64,000 nucleotides of DNA, taken from NCBI RefSeq assembly GCF_009914755.1, contig NC_060946.1, one strand, 5' to 3'. The position numbers were made by a program, and so were the translations under genes. This document shows, piece after piece, positions 59,169-64,000 of this stretch. The notes under the pieces are model-generated. The model saw only the letters and a list, made by a program, of their open reading frames with translations. It did no database searches and was not told the DNA's origin. Source of the DNA: the human T2T-CHM13v2.0 reference genome, Homo sapiens. The first letter of the stretch is position 1. Each line of letters opens with the position of its first letter.

Positions 59169-59992
59169 GTGAGCACCCCCCCGCCTCGGTTTCCCCACCT
59201 GGCATCTGGGCCCTGGGGGTGGGGCAGGGGCTGGGGCCTGAGCTGCTGAGGCTGCATCCAAATTGGGTCTCTCGCTCCCCTGACTCCCACCCTCAAAGTC
59301 CGTGGCAGGTTGCAGCCCGGTCTGGCCCCATTTCTCAGCCTGGAGAATTGAGGCCAGAGAGGTAGTGACAGTCCCAGCCACATGCAGGGCTCAGAGATGG
59401 CTCCTTTCACTCTGTGTTGAGAAGTTTTAAAGTACAGAGAAGTAAAAGGATGCAATAAATACTCCAGTTCCCACCACCTGAGATAAAATGACTACTTGAG
59501 TTGTGTTTGCCACCTGGCATTTTATTAAGGAAAAGTTCATAAGGAATAGTGATGCCAAGCCCCCTCTTTATCCCACCCGGGCCCTTCTTCTCCTCTTCTC
59601 CATCCAGAGGCCAGGTGACAGCCTTGGCAGGTTGCCCCACTCTGAGCTTCAGTTCCTGTCTATATGGTGGAGGATGGCCCACCCCAGGATGGCCGCAGGG
59701 TGCTGGGAGCAACGGAGGGTTCTGGGTGAAATAGGAGGGTCACGGCCCACCTGCTGTCTACCTCCACCTCCCCTTGTAAGGCCTCATCACACTGGGTGGC
59801 TTCAGCGTCAGCCCAGAGCCTGGCACTTGGTAGATGCCCCTGACACTGACTCAAGGCTCAGAGAAGGCGGGCACCTGCCTAAGGCCACCCGGTAGGCCCA
59901 AGGTGTATCAAGACTCCATCCCAGGACCTCTGGGCCCTGGGCTGCAGGCCTGGGCCCTACCCACTGATTGATTGGACCTGTGCCTCCACCAG

Positions 59993-60105
59993 GTGATGGT
60001 CAAGTGGACTTTGAGGAGTTTGTGACCCTTCTGGGACCCAAACTCTCCACCTCAGGGATCCCAGAGAAGTTCCATGGCACCGACTTTGATACTGTCTTCT
60101 GGAAG
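59993..60105 (+). CDS. CABP7: CABP7 exon 3 (completes EF-hand 2 loop DMDGDGQVDFEE)
   Basis: ccaccag|GTGATGGTCAA...TGGAAG|gtatcc; 113 nt, (G)DGQVDFEEFVTLLGPKLSTSGIPEKFHGTDFDTVFWK. Confidence 0.96.
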
Positions 60106-60417
60106 GTATCCCCTGGCTAGTTGGGACCCAGGGCTGTGCACACTGTGGAGTTCTGTTCTGGAGCCAGTGAATGGCTGGGCCCACACTGTAAAGGGGGGAT
60201 GACCACTTCAGGCTTGTGTCCACTGGACATTTCACCTCTCAGAGGGCCATGGGCTCCCTGGGGAGGCCGGTGTTGGTCAAGGACTCTCTGGGGGAATGGA
60301 GCAAGTGTTTTCCAGCCCCCCAGAATCTAGAGGCCTGTCACCGGGTCTGTATGGCCGTGGGGTGCTGGGTGGGGGCTGCGGTGGCTCTCAGAGCACCGTG
60401 TTGTCCCCCTCCGCAAG

Positions 60418-60571
60418 TGCGACATGCAGAAGCTGACGGTGGATGAGCTGAAGCGGCTGCTCTACGACACCTTCTGCGAGCACCTGTCCATGAAGGACAT
60501 AGAGAACATCATCATGACGGAGGAGGAGAGCCACCTGGGCACAGCCGAGGAGTGTCCCGTGGATGTGGAGA
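60418..60571 (+). CDS. CABP7: CABP7 exon 4 (degenerate EF-hands)
   Basis: ccgcaag|TGCGACATG...GTGGAGA|gtgagt; 154 nt, CDMQKLTVDELKRLLYDTFCEHLSMKDIENIIMTEEESHLGTAEECPVDVE. Confidence 0.93.
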
Positions 60572-60804
60572 GTGAGTGGCTGGCCCTGGAACCCCACGGG
60601 TGGGCCCAGTGACTTGGCCAGGGGGACGCACGGGGTGGGGAGAGTCTGCAGAGGGGGGCTGGGGGCCTCCTTGCCTGTCCTAAGCCTCTGTCCCATTGGG
60701 GCACCCCATGGGATGAGCCCATGTGCCGAAGGGCAGGCGGCTCCTGACTCCATCGCTTTGATGTCCCCTTCTGTCTCCCCGGTGCTCCCGGCGGGCGGCC
60801 ACAG

Positions 60805-60932
60805 CCTGCTCCAACCAGCAGATCCGCCAGACTTGCGTGCGCAAGAGTCTCATCTGCGCCTTCGCCATCGCCTTCATCATCAGTGTCATGCTCATTGCGG
60901 CCAACCAGGTGCTGCGCAGTGGCATGAAGTAG
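60805..60932 (+). CDS. CABP7: CABP7 exon 5 (C-terminal tail-anchor TM helix)
   Basis: ccacag|CCTGCTCC...ATGAAGTAG; (T)CSNQQIRQTCVRKSLICAFAIAFIISVMLIAANQVLRSGMK*; five exons sum to 648 nt = 215 aa + stop. Confidence 0.96.
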
Positions 60933-62335
60933 ACGCCACCTGGATGCCCCATCCACCGCATGCGGTGCCCGTGGCCCGCCCCACACCACCGCCGCCTGCA
61001 GACCTCTCCCTTGGCCGGCTCCCTGGGCCGCCATCTGCGTGTACTTCAGGGCCTGGGTATCCAGCGAGCCCTCCCCACCCACCCACGGTCCTCACCTGGA
61101 GCTGTGGCCTGGCTGTGGAGGGCCGGGTGGTGGCTCTGAGGATGGTCCCCAGCCCCACCCTGTCCCCACCCTGGCCTGTAAGGAGCACTCACTCTTCCTA
61201 CCATCCAGGGGCTCCTGGGAAATTAAGGAGGGATTTGCACAGGAACCCCCAGGACCCAGTCGCTGCTGTGGTCCCTTGGGCAGGAGCGGGCACCCTGTGC
61301 CTTGAGACAGCAGCCTATCTGGGGCCACACAGCCAACCCAGCCCTGGTCCCTGAGGTCTGCCCAGGGCACAGGGCACAGGCAGGGACAGAAAGCCTTCTC
61401 CTGGGGGAGGGTGGGAAGCCAGGGTGTCCTGGGCCTTGCTGCCTGGCATAGCCTGAGGAGGCCCCTGGTCTTCTCCTTGGGCCCCTTCCTCTGACCCTCG
61501 TTGGACCCCAACCCAGACCCCCTTTTCTCCATGTACCTGCTGGGCCAGCCCATTTCACAGGTGAGGAACCCGAGGCTCAGGGCCCCGAGACTTGGCCTCA
61601 GTTCTTCCTTCCACAGGGATTTTCAGGAAAGGCAGAAGCTCGTGGAGGATGGGCATCTGAGGTGGCCCTGCAGCCCCCCACCTTCTGGCCCTCCCACCAG
61701 AGGCCCAGCTACCAAGGCCACATTGTCCACCACCCCAGCCTAGAGCCTAGAACTGTAGTCCAGCTGAGGAAGGAGGCAGAGCTGGGGCCTGAAGGCTCTG
61801 AGCAGCCTCCAGCCAGGGGGCTCCTCCAGGGCTGAACTTTGGGAGGGCCCCTGTACTACCTCCTGGGCCAAGAAACTGGCACAGCCCCACACTGTCAGTG
61901 CCAAGAGGCTGCGCCAGGCCACTCTCTCAGCCCAGGGCCTGCCCTCCTGTCCTCCCACTTCTCTACGCCCTCAAGGTTGGAGACCCCGCTCCCATGCCCC
62001 AGCTGTGCCATCCCAAATACTTGGGCAGCAGCTCAGCATGGGCAGACATGGGGGCTGTGGATTCTTCCAGGGCGGGGATGGCAGATGGAGCCCTTGGGCT
62101 CCTTGGGCCTAGAGCCACTTCTTACCAGGCAACGGGCACAGCCACCCTGGCACACCCTCTGCCTGGCCGTGCTGAACCTCTGCTGGTCCCAAGGGAGAAG
62201 GGAGTGAGCGTGGGTCACCTGGGGAAAATCTCATCTGATTCCCTCCTTGCCCGACCTCTGCTAGGGGCTGGAGAACAGAGCTCAGAGCACCCAGTGTAGG
62301 GAAACACAGCCAGACCACTGTGGTGACAGACTTTC

Positions 62336-62341
62336 TTTATA
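62336..62341 (-). terminator. Probable ZMAT5 poly(A) signal (variant TATAAA)
   Basis: Only A-rich hexamer on minus strand shortly after ZMAT5 stop; ~250 nt downstream. Confidence 0.6.
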
Positions 62342-62587
62342 AACATTTGGAAGTTTTCTCCCCCATCTTCTTAAGAAGCAGGGGGGCAGGTGGAGGAGAG
62401 TGAGGGGAGAGCTGCCCGGTGCAGACCCAGGACGAGGGCTGCACTTGGTGTGGCCGTGTCCTGAGCCTCAGTGAGGCTGGGCAGATGGTCTCGGAGCCTC
62501 CATGGGGCGTAGCAGGAACCGGGCTTGGCTTCCTATTGTGACTGATGAGAAAAGTGACCACGTGGGGGTCAGTCGGGGGCAAGGGGC

Positions 62588-62717
62588 TCAGCCCCACTGG
62601 ACTCTGGGCTGCAGAGGCCACCCCCCAGGTGGGGGTGCCCGCAGGGATGGAGGCAGCTCCTGAACTGGTGGCCAGCCCACGGGGTACTGGAAGACAGTGG
62701 TTCTGATGGGTTCAGCC
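62588..62717 (-). CDS. ZMAT5: ZMAT5 (U11/U12 snRNP 20K zinc-finger protein) last coding exon
   Basis: Minus strand (ct)n tag|GGCTGAACCC...TGGGGCTGA; [42 protein letters not shown] matches ZMAT5 C-terminus; not in ORF track. Confidence 0.93.
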
Positions 62718-62818
62718 CTAGAGAGAGAGAGAGAAGCGGGGAGAATAAGAGTGCACTACAGCCCAGGCTTATGCCACCCCCAGCCCACCTGCCTCACCAC
62801 CCTGGCTGTGGGGAGGGT

Positions 62819-63310
62819 CAGCTGCCTGCATGACTTTTCTGGAAGGCAGAGCCTCGAAAATAGGCAGACCGTTTGAGCCAGCGACCTCACCTCTAGGAAC
62901 TGAGCCCAAGGAAATAGCGGGGTTGCAGGCAGACATTGAGCTGCGAGACAATGGGAATAACCTTCGTGTCCACCTGTGGGGGACTGATTCAATACATATG
63001 CACGTCCACAGCAGAGAATGCCATGCGGCCTGTGTAAGAATTAAGGCAGATTTATATGCACTGATGAGGAAAGACATACTGTGTGATAGGGAGAAAAAGC
63101 AGCTTATAAAATAATGTATATAGCATGATACTATTTTTGTTTAAAAATATATAAAATATATAAATGCATAAAAAAATCCTGGAAGACACAGCAAAATGTT
63201 AACAGTGGTCCTATCTGAGTGGTGCCATTATGGGTGACTTTTTTACTCCTTTATATTTCTCAAAAGTTTTACGAGCACACAAGCCTTTGAAATCAGAAAA
63301 AAACATTGTC
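62819..63310 (+). mobile_element. Old L1 (L1ME-like) 3' fragment
   Basis: tttgagccagcgacctcacctctaggaactgagcccaaggaaata and AT-rich ...aaatgttaacagtggt... resemble L1M 3' ends. Confidence 0.6.
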
Positions 63311-63616
63311 TAAATTTTTTTTTAAAGCCTAATTTCTCATGCTACTCACTGTCCTCCTCCTCAACGTCCACCCCGAGCCACCTCCCCTGGAACTTGGGGT
63401 CCATGTAAGTACTTGCCCTAGGAGAGGCATCCTCCGTGCCCAGCCCGGGGCACCCTGCCAAGGCCCAGCGATGGCCCCCCAACCATTCTTCCACCTGTCC
63501 CATACTCAGATCCTTCTGGCCTTGGGCCCCACGCATGCTGCTTCTCCAGGGCCGCATGGCCCTTCTCAGGCTTCGAAGTACTTTGAACCTTTGAGCACTT
63601 TGAACTCCCATCACCC

Positions 63617-63817
63617 CAGCTGCCTATACAAGACCTTTCTGGAAGGCAGAGCCTCAAAAACATGCAGACCCTTTGAACCAGCAACCTCACCTCTAGGAAC
63701 TGAGCCCAAGGAAATAGCAGGGTTGTGGGCAGCCATTGAGTTACAGCAATAGCCGTGAGACAATGGAAGTAGCCTTCATGTCCAGCTGTGGGGGACTGAT
63801 TAAGTACACGTGCACAT
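63617..63817 (+). repeat. Direct duplicate of 62819-63005
   Basis: Shared ttctggaaggcagagcctc...acctcacctctaggaactgagcccaaggaaatagc...ctgtgggggactgatt. Confidence 0.9.
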
Positions 63818-63818
63818 T

Positions 63819-64000
63819 GGCCGGGCGCAGTGACTCACGCCTGTAATCCCAGCGCTTTGGGAGGCCAAGGCGGGTGGATCACGAGATCAGGAGATCGAGA
63901 CCATCCTGGCTAACATGGTGAAACCCCGTCTCTACTAAAAGTACAAAAAAAAATTAGCCGGGTGTGGTGGGGGGCACCTGTAGTCCCAGCTACTTGGGAG
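63819..64000 (+). mobile_element. AluY-like (truncated by window end)
   Basis: ggccgggcgcagtg...gatcgagaccatcctggctaac. Confidence 0.9.

Larger units (their letters stand above)
60933..63195 (+). other. CABP7: Probable CABP7 3'UTR (end approximate)
   Basis: No canonical AATAAA seen; cluster of variant hexamers TATAAA (63150, 63159) and CATAAA (63167). Confidence 0.6.

Overview
Mammalian (human-type, Alu-rich) genomic DNA recognisable as the NF2-CABP7-ZMAT5 locus (22q12). It holds the 3' half of NF2/merlin on + (exons 11-17, including the alternative exon 16, and a ~3.8 kb 3'UTR). A ~21 kb intergenic region follows. The complete 5-exon CABP7/calneuron-2 gene is on + (648 nt CDS, 215 aa, CpG-island promoter). 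The last coding exon of ZMAT5 is on -, within the probable CABP7 3'UTR. All exons were placed by hand from splice sites and frame continuity. Almost all other ORF-track entries are Alu-derived, antisense shadows or GC-rich noise. I found no convincing wholly new biological system. Best leads: (1) a local inverted triplication 3-5 kb upstream of CABP7 carrying a MIR-derived DR0 and a SOX-like palindrome, directly adjoining a strong REST/RE1 site; (2) an ATF4-like uORF plus overlapping-uORF layout in the CABP7 leader; (3) adjacent QKI and RBFOX motifs, a second donor and an intronic poly(A) signal around NF2 exon 16; (4) a palindromic, possibly bidirectional poly(A) signal in the CABP7/ZMAT5 overlap; (5) a VNTR with a PRDM9-type 13-mer in every unit; (6) a speculative decayed antisense coding remnant in NF2 intron 16. 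Repeat boundaries are approximate.
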